Assembly: GCA_938039675.1 (NCBI GenBank)
Contig: CALHUI010000008.1
Coordinates: 6,796 to 70,795, forward strand
Reading direction: 5' to 3'
Length of the DNA stretch: 64,000 bases
Source: an uncultured Cytophagales bacterium
GTDB taxonomy: Bacteria; Bacteroidota; Bacteroidia; Cytophagales; Thermoflexibacteraceae
This document shows, piece after piece, positions 39,878 to 49,179 of this stretch (positions are counted from its first letter, which is position 1; every line of letters begins with the position of its first letter). Made by a program: the position numbers and the translations under genes. Under the pieces are notes generated by a model. The model ran no database searches, was not told the origin of the DNA, and saw nothing but the letters and a program-made list of their open reading frames with translations.

Positions 39878-41020
39878 ATGCATGTTTACTTAGACAATGC
39901 CGCCACCACACCGTTAGACCGTGAAGTGTATGAAACCATGACAACATTTATGTTGGAGCATTTCGGCAATCCGTCTTCCATTCATTCACATGGGAGTAAA
40001 GTACGTGCTGCCATTGAACAGGCACGCAAAAAAATTGCCCTTACATTCAATACTTCGCCTTCCGAAATATTTTTTACGTCTGGTGGCACAGAGTCTGACA
40101 ATACCGCCATTCGTTGCGCTATTCAAACGCATGGTATCCGACATGCCATTACCAGCCAATTGGAACACCACGCCGTTTTACATACGTTGGAAGAGTTGGC
40201 TAAACAAAATGTGATTCGCCTAAGCATCCTAAGGCATGACGCACAGGGCAACGTAGATTTAAATCATCTCGAGGAACTGCTGCAAGCCAATCCCAACAGC
40301 TTGGTATCGCTCATGCACGGCAATAATGAAATCGGCAATATTCTGCCGATTGAAACAGTCGGCGAGTTGTGCGAACAATACGGCGCATTCTTTCATTCCG
40401 ATACCGTACAGACCGTAGGGCACTATCGCATTGATTTGCAGAAAATTAAAGTACACAGCATTGTAGGCGCGCCACACAAATTTCACGGACCCAAAGGCAT
40501 TGGCTTCCTGTATGTACGCAATGATAAAAAAATCCAACCCTTAATTACAGGCGGGGCACAGGAGCGCAATATGCGCGGCGGCACTGAAAACGTATATGGC
40601 ATTGTAGGTATGGCAAAAGCCATAGAACTCACCTACAAGCAATTAGATGTGTACGCCAACTACATTAAGGGGCTGAAAGCCTACATGATAGAGCGCCTGA
40701 AAGCTACTTTTGACGACGTACAATTTAATGGTACTTCGGGAGATATTAATAACAGCCTCTACACTGTATTGAATGTCAGCTTCCCGCCATCAGAGGCAAA
40801 TGATATGCTGTTATTCAATTTGGATATTCATCGTATCTCGGCTTCTGGGGGTAGTGCCTGCTCAAGTGGCAGTAGCATAGGTTCTCATGTGCTTGCCGCA
40901 TTGCCTAATACGACGAGCAGAGGCAACGTGCGCTTCTCTTTCAGCAAGTATAACACCAAAGAAGAGATTGACTATACCATTGCCAAATTGGGAGAAATTT
41001 TTCAAATGCAAACTGCCTGA
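39878..41020 (+). CDS. Cysteine desulfurase (NifS/IscS-like, class V aminotransferase)
   Basis: 380 aa with LDNAATTP, FTSGGTESDN, HKFHGPKGIG (PLP Lys) and the active-site loop SASGGSACSSG. Confidence 0.85.
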   Translation: MHVYLDNAATTPLDREVYETMTTFMLEHFGNPSSIHSHGSKVRAAIEQARKKIALTFNTSPSEIFFTSGGTESDNTAIRCAIQTHGIRHAITSQLEHHAVLHTLEELAKQNVIRLSILRHDAQGNVDLNHLEELLQANPNSLVSLMHGNNEIGNILPIETVGELCEQYGAFFHSDTVQTVGHYRIDLQKIKVHSIVGAPHKFHGPKGIGFLYVRNDKKIQPLITGGAQERNMRGGTENVYGIVGMAKAIELTYKQLDVYANYIKGLKAYMIERLKATFDDVQFNGTSGDINNSLYTVLNVSFPPSEANDMLLFNLDIHRISASGGSACSSGSSIGSHVLAALPNTTSRGNVRFSFSKYNTKEEIDYTIAKLGEIFQMQTA

Positions 41021-41097
41021 AACGAATCCTGCATTTTTCTGCTAACTTTGCTGCCTGAAAATCAAGCACAAGACCTAATTTACAGGCAATTAACACT

Positions 41098-42564
41098 ATG
41101 TCAATAGAAAATGCAGGCGTTTTTCCAAAGATAATTGCACACGCCAAAGAATACGGATTCGTTTTTCCGTCCAGCGAAATTTACGATGGGCTTCAAGCTG
41201 TTTACGACTACGGACAAAACGGCGTAGAACTGAAAAACAACCTCAAACAGTTGTGGTGGAAAACCATGACGCAAATCCATGAAAATATTGTGGGTATTGA
41301 TGCGGCTATCTTCATGCACCCCAGCACATGGGTAGCCTCGGGGCACGTGGCCAGCTTCAACGACCCCATGATTGACAATAAAGACTCCAAAAAGCGCTAC
41401 CGCGTAGACCACCTCATTGAAGGATACGCCGAACAGCTTGCCACCGAAGGCAAAACCGACCAAGCACAAGCCGTTCTGGACGAAATGAACCGCCTGCTGG
41501 CTACCGAAGACTTCGCAGGGCTGCACCAATTCATCACCGACCAAGGCATTAAATGCCCCATTTCGGGCACTGCCAACTGGACAGAGGTGCGTCAGTTTAA
41601 CCTCATGTTCTCCACCCAAATCGGTTCGGTAGCCGATGAAGCCAACACCATTTATCTGCGCCCCGAAACAGCACAAGGTATTTTCGTCAACTTCCTGAAC
41701 GTACAGAAAACGGGACGCATGAAAATCCCGTTCGGGATTGCCCAGATTGGCAAGGCTTTCCGCAACGAGATTGTTGCCCGTCAGTTTATTTTCCGTATGC
41801 GCGAATTTGAGCAAATGGAAATGCAGTTTTTCGTACGCCCCGGCAGCGAAATGGAATGGTACAACTTCTGGAAGGAGATGCGCATGAAGTGGCACAAAGC
41901 CCTCGGCATTCCTGAAAGCAAGCTGAAATACCACGACCACGAAAAACTGGCGCACTATGCCAATGCTGCGCTGGATATTGAGTTCCAATTCCCCTTTGGT
42001 TTCAAAGAAATTGAGGGCATCCACAGCCGCACCGACTTTGACCTGCGCAACCATCAGGAGCTTTCCAAAAAGAAACAGCAGTATTTTGACACTGAAATCA
42101 ACCAGAATTACATCCCGTATGTGGTTGAAACTTCGGTAGGTGCCGACCGTATTTTCCTGATGCACCTCTGCAATGCCTACACCGAAGAGGTAACGGGCGA
42201 AGGTGAAAACCGCAAAGAACGTACGTTCCTCAAACTGCATCCTGCCATTGCGCCCGTAAAGGCGGCAATATTCCCGCTGACCAAAAAAGACGGGCTGCCC
42301 GAAAAAGCAGAGCAAATCTACAAAGCCCTGAAAACCGACTTCCGCGTGGTGTACGAAGAAAAAGACAGCATCGGCAAACGATATACCCGTCAGGATTTGA
42401 TTGGTACGCCGTTCTGTATCGCTGTTGACCACCAAACGCTGGAAGACGACACCGTAACCATTCGCGACCGCGACACAGCCACGCAACGCCGCGTGCCTAT
42501 TGCCGCCCTGCGCGATGAAATCGGACATGCTGTTTCGTTTGCCCGCGTGTTTGAAAAGTTGTAG
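41098..42564 (+). CDS. glyQS: Glycine--tRNA ligase (homodimeric class II type)
   Basis: 488 aa with YDYGQNGVELKNN, LRPETAQGIFVNF, FRNEI.ARQFIFRMREFEQME (motif 2) and VETSVGADR (motif 3). Confidence 0.95.
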   Translation: MSIENAGVFPKIIAHAKEYGFVFPSSEIYDGLQAVYDYGQNGVELKNNLKQLWWKTMTQIHENIVGIDAAIFMHPSTWVASGHVASFNDPMIDNKDSKKRYRVDHLIEGYAEQLATEGKTDQAQAVLDEMNRLLATEDFAGLHQFITDQGIKCPISGTANWTEVRQFNLMFSTQIGSVADEANTIYLRPETAQGIFVNFLNVQKTGRMKIPFGIAQIGKAFRNEIVARQFIFRMREFEQMEMQFFVRPGSEMEWYNFWKEMRMKWHKALGIPESKLKYHDHEKLAHYANAALDIEFQFPFGFKEIEGIHSRTDFDLRNHQELSKKKQQYFDTEINQNYIPYVVETSVGADRIFLMHLCNAYTEEVTGEGENRKERTFLKLHPAIAPVKAAIFPLTKKDGLPEKAEQIYKALKTDFRVVYEEKDSIGKRYTRQDLIGTPFCIAVDHQTLEDDTVTIRDRDTATQRRVPIAALRDEIGHAVSFARVFEKL

Positions 42565-42642
42565 GTTATAGAACGCTGATTGAAGGCAGATGATGTGGGA
42601 TAGAGAAGAAAGAAGCAGCAGAAAGAGGGTAATGTGTTTATA

Positions 42643-42720
42643 GCTACCGATATTCAACCCCTATCGGGGTATATGCCGTTGCTCGTCGCCGATGCACCGT
42701 AGGTGCTACATATCGGTAGC
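42643..42720. other. 78-nt element with nested inverted repeats (possible structured RNA or REP-like element)
   Basis: The 11-bp outer arms gctaccgatat/atatcggtagc enclose two hairpins, acccc-tatc-ggggt and gcacc-gta-ggtgc. It lies in the glyQS-yebC intergenic region. Confidence 0.3.
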
Positions 42721-42843
42721 AAACACACGCCCCCTTTTCCATGCCAATAATACACTTGCAATCTTTGCAGTAAAACTTACTTTTGCAATACGTTTGATAC
42801 ACATTAACGCGCTTGAAGACATCACACAACGCGATATAACATT

Positions 42844-43551
42844 ATGGGAAGAGCATTTGAAGCCCGAAGAAGCAAAAAGGAAAAACGCTGGGACTGGATG
42901 TCCAAAACATTTACGCGCTACGGACGCGAAATCGCGATGGCAGTAAAAGCAGGTGGTCCCGACCCTGAGATTAATACTAAGTTGCGTCTGATTATCCAGA
43001 ATGCCAAAAATGCCAACATGCCTAAAGACCGCATAGAAGCAGCCATTAAACGGGCTTCTTCCAAAGACGAGGGTAACTTTGAAGAGGTTGTATATGAAGG
43101 CTACGGCCCACACGGCGTAGCGATTGTCGTAGAAACTGCTACCGACAACCCTACCCGCACCGTAGCAATGGTACGTATGCACTTCAACCGCTCGGGCGGC
43201 TCGTTGGGCAAAACAGGCTCATTGGACTTCATTTTCCAACGCAAAGGCATTTTTGAATTAAACGCCGAAGGGCTAAATCTGGAAGAATTGGAACTGGAAC
43301 TGATTGACTTCGGAGCAGAAGAAATATATGAGCACGAAGGCAAAATCATTGTACAAACCTCTTTTACCGATTTTGGTGCCATGCAAAAAGCCTTAGAAGA
43401 GCGCAACATCCCTATCATCAAGGCAGAATTGCAGCGCATCCCTACCTCTTTTGCCGAAGTTACCGACGAACAGGCAGAAGAAATTCTGGAACTTGTGGAT
43501 AAATTTGAACAGGAAGACGACGTTACCGCCGTTTTCCATAATATGAAATAA
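42844..43551 (+). CDS. yebC: YebC/PmpR family DNA-binding transcriptional regulator
   Basis: 235 aa with the family signature MGRAFEARRSKKEKRW...KAGGPDPE.N..LR..I..AK..NMPKD.IE.AI. Confidence 0.9.
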   Translation: MGRAFEARRSKKEKRWDWMSKTFTRYGREIAMAVKAGGPDPEINTKLRLIIQNAKNANMPKDRIEAAIKRASSKDEGNFEEVVYEGYGPHGVAIVVETATDNPTRTVAMVRMHFNRSGGSLGKTGSLDFIFQRKGIFELNAEGLNLEELELELIDFGAEEIYEHEGKIIVQTSFTDFGAMQKALEERNIPIIKAELQRIPTSFAEVTDEQAEEILELVDKFEQEDDVTAVFHNMK

Positions 43552-43564
43552 CAATCCGCTAATC

Positions 43565-44731
43565 ATGCAAGACCGTTACGCCATGCGCGGTGTCTCTTCG
43601 GACAAAGAAGATGTGCACAACGCTATCAAGTTGATAGACAAGGGCTTATATCCGAAAGCCTTTTGCAAAATCATTCCGGACTTGCTGGGTGGCGACCCGG
43701 CATGGTGTAACATTATGCACGCCGACGGCGCAGGCACTAAATCATCGCTTGCCTATGTCTATTGGCGCGAAACAGGCGACCTTTCGGTATGGAAAGGCAT
43801 TGCGCAGGATGCCATTGTCATGAACTTGGATGACCTGCTTTGCGTAGGTGCCACGGACAACATCCTGCTTTCCTCTACCATTGGCAGAAACAAATACTTG
43901 GTGCCGGGCGAAGTTATCGCCGCCATTATCAACGGCACGGAAGAAGTATTGGAAATGCTGCGCAGCTACGGCATCGGCATTTACAGCACCGGCGGCGAAA
44001 CGGCAGATGTAGGTGATTTGGTGCGCACCATCATTGTGGACAGCACCGTTACCGCCCGCATGAAGCGCAGCGATGTTATCAGCAACCACTGCATTCAGGC
44101 AGGCGATGTTATCGTTGGGCTTGCCTCTTTCGGGCAGGCAACCTACGAAGACCGCTACAACGGCGGCATAGGCAGCAACGGGCTTACCTCTGCCCGCCAC
44201 GATGTTTTCCATAAGCTGCTGGCTGAAAAATACCCCGAAAGCTACGACCCACAAGTCCCTGCCGACCTGATTTACAGCGGCAGCCGCAGCCTGACTGAAC
44301 GCTTTGAGGATTTGCCCGTAGATATTGGGCAATTGGTTCTTTCGCCTACCCGCACCTATGCGCCCGTTATCCGCCAAGTGCTCGCCGAACTGCGCCCGCA
44401 CATCAACGGCATGGTGCATTGCAGCGGCGGCGCACAAACCAAAGTGCTGCACTTCATTGACCAACTGCACGTTATCAAAGACAACCTATTTGAATGCCCG
44501 CCGCTTTTCCGCCTGATTCAGCAGGAAAGCAGCACGGATTGGCGCGAAATGTACCGCGTGTTCAACATGGGGCATCGCATGGAGCTCTACCTGTCGGAAC
44601 AGTTCGCCGAAACCGTCATCCAAATTTCGCAATCATTTGGTATTCAGGCACAAATCATCGGGCGTGTAGAAGCCGCCGAAAAAGCGCAGGTAACGGTTCG
44701 CAGCCCTTACGGGGAATTTGTGTATCATTAA
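43565..44731 (+). CDS. purM: Phosphoribosylformylglycinamidine cyclo-ligase (AIR synthase, long Bacteroidetes form)
   Basis: 388 aa with RYAMRGVSSDKEDVHNAI and DGAGTKS, and the AIR-synthase N and C domains. Confidence 0.8.
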   Translation: MQDRYAMRGVSSDKEDVHNAIKLIDKGLYPKAFCKIIPDLLGGDPAWCNIMHADGAGTKSSLAYVYWRETGDLSVWKGIAQDAIVMNLDDLLCVGATDNILLSSTIGRNKYLVPGEVIAAIINGTEEVLEMLRSYGIGIYSTGGETADVGDLVRTIIVDSTVTARMKRSDVISNHCIQAGDVIVGLASFGQATYEDRYNGGIGSNGLTSARHDVFHKLLAEKYPESYDPQVPADLIYSGSRSLTERFEDLPVDIGQLVLSPTRTYAPVIRQVLAELRPHINGMVHCSGGAQTKVLHFIDQLHVIKDNLFECPPLFRLIQQESSTDWREMYRVFNMGHRMELYLSEQFAETVIQISQSFGIQAQIIGRVEAAEKAQVTVRSPYGEFVYH

Positions 44732-45429
44732 TCTTTCAACGCCAAGTTTCGCAGGCAGAAGTATTGCAGGTTGCTGGCGCGCCCTGTGGAGGCAGTAAAA
44801 CCCCAAATAACGCGGGTTTCTCCGCCAAATACGCCGTTAATCAGGTCGCGGATGCCTTGGTGTACGATTTGACCATCTAACCAAACCGTAATGCGCTGTT
44901 TATCAGGCTCCCATCGGAAGCTGAAACTGTGCAGCATGTCATCTTCCAAATTAAATTCAGGGTTATTGTCGTGCCAGTAGGTTTCGTGGTAATTCGTACC
45001 GTCTTCTAAATAGGCCACATGGTCGTGGGGCGGGTCGTTCTGCCGCCAATTCTCATAGGTATCAAACTCTACGGCAACGGAGGGGACAATGTAAGCCCCT
45101 GCACGGTAATTCTTGCTCCACCTGCCATAACCCATGCACTCGCCCCAAGTACCAAACGCCTCAAATCCGCGCCTGTCGTTATGAATCACAAAAGTAATAC
45201 CGTCTGCTCCTTCATCTTTATTGCCTAAGTAAATATCAAAATCAACCTGAAAGAAATTTTGCAAGTTCAGGCGGGTCTTATAGTAGGCTATGCCTTCGCT
45301 GTAAGCAACATCGGGCGTAAGTTGAATACAGTCGTTATTCATGTAGGCTGCATTGCCAAGCAGCGCATATTGCCCCTGAACAGTAGCAGCCATCGCTATG
45401 TACAAGAAAATGAAGATTAGTTTTCGCAT
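44728..45429 (-). CDS. Secreted L-type (legume-like) lectin domain protein
   Basis: 233 aa with a signal peptide. The LLGNAAY..NDCIQLTPD...SEGIAYY and GADGITFVIHN motifs are typical of bacterial L-type lectin folds. Confidence 0.6.
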   Translation of the reverse strand: MRKLIFIFLYIAMAATVQGQYALLGNAAYMNNDCIQLTPDVAYSEGIAYYKTRLNLQNFFQVDFDIYLGNKDEGADGITFVIHNDRRGFEAFGTWGECMGYGRWSKNYRAGAYIVPSVAVEFDTYENWRQNDPPHDHVAYLEDGTNYHETYWHDNNPEFNLEDDMLHSFSFRWEPDKQRITVWLDGQIVHQGIRDLINGVFGGETRVIWGFTASTGRASNLQYFCLRNLALKD

Positions 45430-45462
45430 AGCCTGTATTGGGTTTTCATTTATTTTTGACCT

Positions 45463-46011
45463 ATGAAGCTCTTACCACAATTAAAGCTGTTGATTGGCAG
45501 GATTGTTTTAACCATTGGGTTGGCAGGATTGGCGCTGCCTGTGGCCGCACAAAAGCTCGGCACTCTATCGGGTAAGTACATCATTCTCGACCGATACGGA
45601 GCTAAGCGCATTCGCCTGCCGGAAGGAACTGAAATTTACTTCAAATTAGTCGGAGAAAAAAGAAAAACACGCGATTACATCGGTGAAATATGGGAAAAAG
45701 ACACTGCCGTTTATTTGGTGCAAAGCAAACAAGCTATCCCCTTGCGCGATTTTCAATCGTTTCATTTCCCAAGAAAACACATTCCCATGCTTTCCAATCA
45801 GGCAGTTTTTGTTGGCTGCGGGTTTCTTTTGGCGGCAGCCGTTGCCGACTTGATTCCTACGCGCATGTACGACCAACGCGAGTCAGCCATTATCGGCGGT
45901 GCTTTTCTGGCTATTTCACAACCCATGAAACTGTTTAAATGGAAAAATTTTCGGATAAAGCCGGGCAAAAGCCGCGCACGCATCATCGACACCACGTGGG
46001 AGAATAAATAA
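45463..46011 (+). CDS. Hypothetical membrane-associated protein
   Basis: 182-aa ORF with an N-terminal signal or TM segment and an internal hydrophobic segment (VFVGCGFLLAAAVADLI). I recognise no family. Confidence 0.45.
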   Translation: MKLLPQLKLLIGRIVLTIGLAGLALPVAAQKLGTLSGKYIILDRYGAKRIRLPEGTEIYFKLVGEKRKTRDYIGEIWEKDTAVYLVQSKQAIPLRDFQSFHFPRKHIPMLSNQAVFVGCGFLLAAAVADLIPTRMYDQRESAIIGGAFLAISQPMKLFKWKNFRIKPGKSRARIIDTTWENK

Positions 46012-46043
46012 AAATGCTTATTTTGGCGCAAAACAACCGATTT

Positions 46044-47018
46044 ATGCACCGCCGTAATTTTCTGCAACTAACCGCTCTGAGCAGTGTAGTCATAGGTACA
46101 GGCTGTATGACCGATAATCGGGAAGCCAAACAAAACATTTCGGCTGTTATTAAGCCTGTTGTAATTTCTACTTGGGACCACGGATTGCCGGCCAATGCCG
46201 AAGCATGGAAAATTTTAGGTAATAACGGCTCTGCGCTGGACGCTGTGGAGGCAGGAGTGCGCATCACGGAGGCAGACCCCAAGGTAGATAGCGTTGGCTA
46301 CGGTGGCCTGCCCGACCGCGACGGACGCGTAACGCTGGATGCAGCCATTATGGACCATAACAGCCGCTGCGGGGCTGTCGCCTGCTTAGAACACATCATG
46401 CATCCCATTTCCGTTGCCAGATTAGTAATGGACAAAACCCCTCACTGGCTGCTGGTTGGCGAAGGTGCACTGCAATTTGCCCTCGATAACGGTTTCAAAA
46501 AGGAAAACCTGCTGACCGACCAAGCCAAAGCTGCGTGGGAAAAATGGTTGGAAAAGAAAGAGTACAAGCCCCGCATCAATGCCGAAAACCACGATACCAT
46601 TGGTATGCTGGCACTGGACAACAGTGGCAAATTGGCAGGCGCATGTACTACCAGCGGTTTAGCCTATAAAATGCACGGACGCGTCGGTGATTCGCCCATT
46701 GTAGGTGGCGGACTTTTCGTAGACGGGGACGTTGGCGCTGCCACAGCAACAGGACTTGGCGAATCCATTGTGCGCATTGCTGCCGCTCACCTGATTGTGG
46801 AATTAATGCGGCAAAGAAACTCACCTGAGCAAGCCTGTAAACTTGCCGTAGAGCGCCTCATACAAAAGAACCCTAACTACAAAGACATTCAGGTTGGTTT
46901 TCTTGCTATCAACCTGCAAGGACAAACAGGAGCTTATGCGCTGCAAAAAGGCTTTACCTATGCCCTGCATACACCACAAGGCAATCAACTGATGGATGCG
47001 CCCTATCTGGTGCAATAA
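46044..47018 (+). CDS. Glycosylasparaginase / isoaspartyl peptidase (Ntn hydrolase, asparaginase 2 family) with Tat-like leader
   Basis: It has MHRRNFLQLTAL, VDSVGYGGLPDRDG and HDTIGMLALD (autoproteolytic Thr), plus GDSPIVGGGLFVD. An alternative ATG lies at 46014. Confidence 0.85.
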   Translation: MHRRNFLQLTALSSVVIGTGCMTDNREAKQNISAVIKPVVISTWDHGLPANAEAWKILGNNGSALDAVEAGVRITEADPKVDSVGYGGLPDRDGRVTLDAAIMDHNSRCGAVACLEHIMHPISVARLVMDKTPHWLLVGEGALQFALDNGFKKENLLTDQAKAAWEKWLEKKEYKPRINAENHDTIGMLALDNSGKLAGACTTSGLAYKMHGRVGDSPIVGGGLFVDGDVGAATATGLGESIVRIAAAHLIVELMRQRNSPEQACKLAVERLIQKNPNYKDIQVGFLAINLQGQTGAYALQKGFTYALHTPQGNQLMDAPYLVQ

Positions 47019-47938
47019 TCAGAGAATCGGCTGGGGCAATGCAGCTTCAATCTGCGCACAATACGCGGCAGTTTCAATGTAGCCCTCGAAGCGTCTAAAG
47101 ACTCATCCGCCGTGAAGCTGGGTTTATCGGTTGCAGTTTCAAAGAGTATGCCTCCCGGCTTGCGAAAATACAACGAATGAAAACACATGCGGTCAATTTG
47201 CAGGGTGATATTAAACCCTTAGCTGCAATTTTTTCACGGAGCGCCATTTCCGTTGCATCACCTTTTACGCGAAACGCCACGCAATGAATAGAACCTACTG
47301 CCGCGCCCCGGGCGCTTCCACCAAGTCCATTACTGCTGCATCAGCCACGGAATCAGTTACAAACCAGTAGCCATTGACATACTGTTCTGCCAATCTGTAC
47401 CCCGGAATATCTTTCAGTAAATCTGCCGTATGTGATATTGCGCAATGTCAGTGTTGTATCATAAAATTCTATGATTGCCTTCGTAGCGTCTATTTCGGGC
47501 TTTAGAAAGGGCAAACGGCTATTGGTGGCGAATGTTTTAGCTACTATAAGTTCCGGTTTCAGCCTATTGGGGTCTAAGGCAGTCAGGTATTCTTCGCCAA
47601 ATTTTTTGCAGGATTATTTAAATATGATACCTGCTTTTTCCAAACGTGCTTTCCAGAAGCACAAAATCCCTTCCGGCACTGCAAAACCTATCTCAGAGGC
47701 AGTCCCTACACCGTGATTGCCTTTGCTGATGCCCGACCATTGGAAAAACGTCAGGATAGTACCGGGTGAAGCATCGTAATTACCGTAGTAGCAATGGATG
47801 GTAGGTAAATGGGTCGTCAAAATTGACTGTTTTTTTGACAAAACGCAGCCTCATAACTTGGGTATAAAAGTCATAGTTGCGTTGCGCATTGCCCCATGTG
47901 TCCGTAATATGTTGTAAACCAAGTACTTGCTGATTCAT
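47019..47938 (-). pseudogene. Ring-cleaving dioxygenase (VOC/glyoxalase superfamily, two-domain MhqA/MhqO-like), heavily decayed
   Basis: Homology-like segments are spread over several frames: MNQQVLGLQHITDTWGNAQRNYDFYTQVMRLRFVKKTVNFDDPFTYH, YYGNYDASPGTILTFFQW, FGEEYLTALDPNRLKPELI, LLKDIPGYRLAEQ, GSIHCVAFRVKGD, DRMCFHSLYFRKPGGILFETATDKPSFTADE and AQIEAALPQPIL*. There are at least 5 frameshifts and an in-frame TAA at 47614-47616. Confidence 0.8.
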
Positions 47939-48333
47939 GGTTTTGTAAGTTGCGTATTAATCTCAATCGGATTTTGTAAAGTTTTATGAATCGGACAGGC
48001 ATTGGCAATTTGCAGCAGTCGATTGCGCTGTTCTTCGTCCAGCTCACCCGTCAATTCAATGTTACGGCCGATAATACTCTTTCCTGCTGCCTTGTCGTAA
48101 TCAAAACTGAGCGAAATTTTTATCTCTTCCAATGGCCAGCCCTTGCGGTCGGCATACATTCGCAGCGTGATGGCGGTACATGCCCCTAAGGAGCTAAGCA
48201 ACAACTCACTGGGGCTGAATCCCAAATCAGTTCCGCCAAATTCGGGCGATTCATCGGCGAGGATTTCGTGTCTGCCATTACTCAACAGGGTGCGATACAA
48301 GTCGCGCCCAATATGCACCGTTATGTTATCCAT
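47935..48333 (-). CDS. osmC: OsmC-family peroxiredoxin-like protein
   Basis: 132 aa with two conserved Cys motifs (LGACTAIT and ACPIHKTL). Its stop overlaps the start of the decayed dioxygenase (ATGA). Confidence 0.85.
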   Translation of the reverse strand: MDNITVHIGRDLYRTLLSNGRHEILADESPEFGGTDLGFSPSELLLSSLGACTAITLRMYADRKGWPLEEIKISLSFDYDKAAGKSIIGRNIELTGELDEEQRNRLLQIANACPIHKTLQNPIEINTQLTKP

Positions 48334-48424
48334 GTATTGTTATGAATTGGTATTGATGCAGTAAAAGTATGACTTTTGGCTGCAAGCCATTGCTGCCAAC
48401 CAATTATACGCAAAAGTATAATAG

Positions 48425-48444
48425 ATAATTGTATATACAATTAT
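48425..48444. promoter_or_regulatory. Perfect 20-bp AT-rich palindrome ATAATTGTATATACAATTAT upstream of osmC
   Basis: It is exactly self-complementary and lies about 92 bp upstream of the osmC start, overlapping the stop codon of the upstream methyltransferase gene. It contains TACAATT/AATTGTA half-sites. Confidence 0.45.
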
Positions 48445-49112
48445 TGTTTAAGATATTTTCCTATTAATATGAGCGAAAGCGGCCTTTGCGTTTGAGGATG
48501 CAGAGGCTCAGCTACTTTTACTAATTGGAATCCACTGGCTGTAATAACATCCACCCAATCGGCTATTGTGCGAAAATACCATCGGTGCGGGCTGTCAAAC
48601 CCCGTGCTCAATCCTTGCCGGTTGTCTTCCTCCCAATGGCTTACATACGGTTGTTCCAGTGGCATATTGATTGGGTGCAGCGTTTGTATGACGATATGTC
48701 CCTCATCATGCAAGAGATTGGGGGCAAAAGCCAGCATATCAGCTGTCAGTTTTTGTTCAAAAAGTGAAAAATTGAATGAAAGCACATCAAACCTGTGTCC
48801 GTGTAATTTGCCTTGCAAAATTTCTTCATAAGAAGAAACAAAGTATTGCTCTGTGCTCTTGGCAGCAGCATATTCTATTAGCTCCTCCACGGCATCTGCT
48901 CCTGCGGATTGAATATGATGTGCCGTCAATGCGTGCACAAGCCAGCCTTCGCCACAGCCCATATCTAATACAGACTTTGGCTGGAGCGACAGAATAGCAT
49001 CAATAATTGCCTGATTAGTAGCTAACCGGCGACTGACAATTTCATTCTGCTCAATTGCCCGAATCCAGCGGGCTGCATTGATTTTCCATGCAGGTATAAT
49101 TCCCATAGGCAA
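48441..49112 (-). CDS. Class I SAM-dependent methyltransferase
   Basis: 223 aa with motif I VLDMGCGEGW and a post-I acidic residue, and the typical size. Confidence 0.75.
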   Translation of the reverse strand: MPMGIIPAWKINAARWIRAIEQNEIVSRRLATNQAIIDAILSLQPKSVLDMGCGEGWLVHALTAHHIQSAGADAVEELIEYAAAKSTEQYFVSSYEEILQGKLHGHRFDVLSFNFSLFEQKLTADMLAFAPNLLHDEGHIVIQTLHPINMPLEQPYVSHWEEDNRQGLSTGFDSPHRWYFRTIADWVDVITASGFQLVKVAEPLHPQTQRPLSLILIGKYLKQ

Positions 49113-49120
49113 GTTGTGAT

Positions 49121-49160
49121 AAAAATAAAAAAGAGGATTGACTTACGCCAATCCCCTTTT
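49121..49160 (-). terminator. Rho-independent terminator after the porin-like gene
   Basis: On the minus strand the stem ggggattg/caatcctc is followed by TTTTTTATTTTT, about 20 nt after the stop at 49180. Confidence 0.7.
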
Positions 49161-49179
49161 CAATTATTCTTAACTCAGA

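Noticed and set aside
41101-42657. A 518-aa stop-free ORF lies antisense to the whole glyQS gene. Similar long antisense ORFs are 8150-9547 opposite the GMC oxidoreductase and 23521-24138, 22917-23486 and 21735-22244 opposite sdhAB.
   Set aside because: The sense-strand genes have unmistakable family motifs. The antisense products are low-complexity, have no recognisable motifs and lack sensible starts. Antisense ORFs of this kind stay open when the sense gene avoids the TTA, CTA and TCA codons, so they are a codon-usage artefact.
42644-42829. A Cys-rich 61-aa ORF on the minus strand (contains CKDCKC) in the glyQS-yebC spacer.
   Set aside because: It has only a TTG start and no RBS-like context. 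It overlaps the nested-hairpin element, whose palindromes generate the odd peptide. No family is recognisable.
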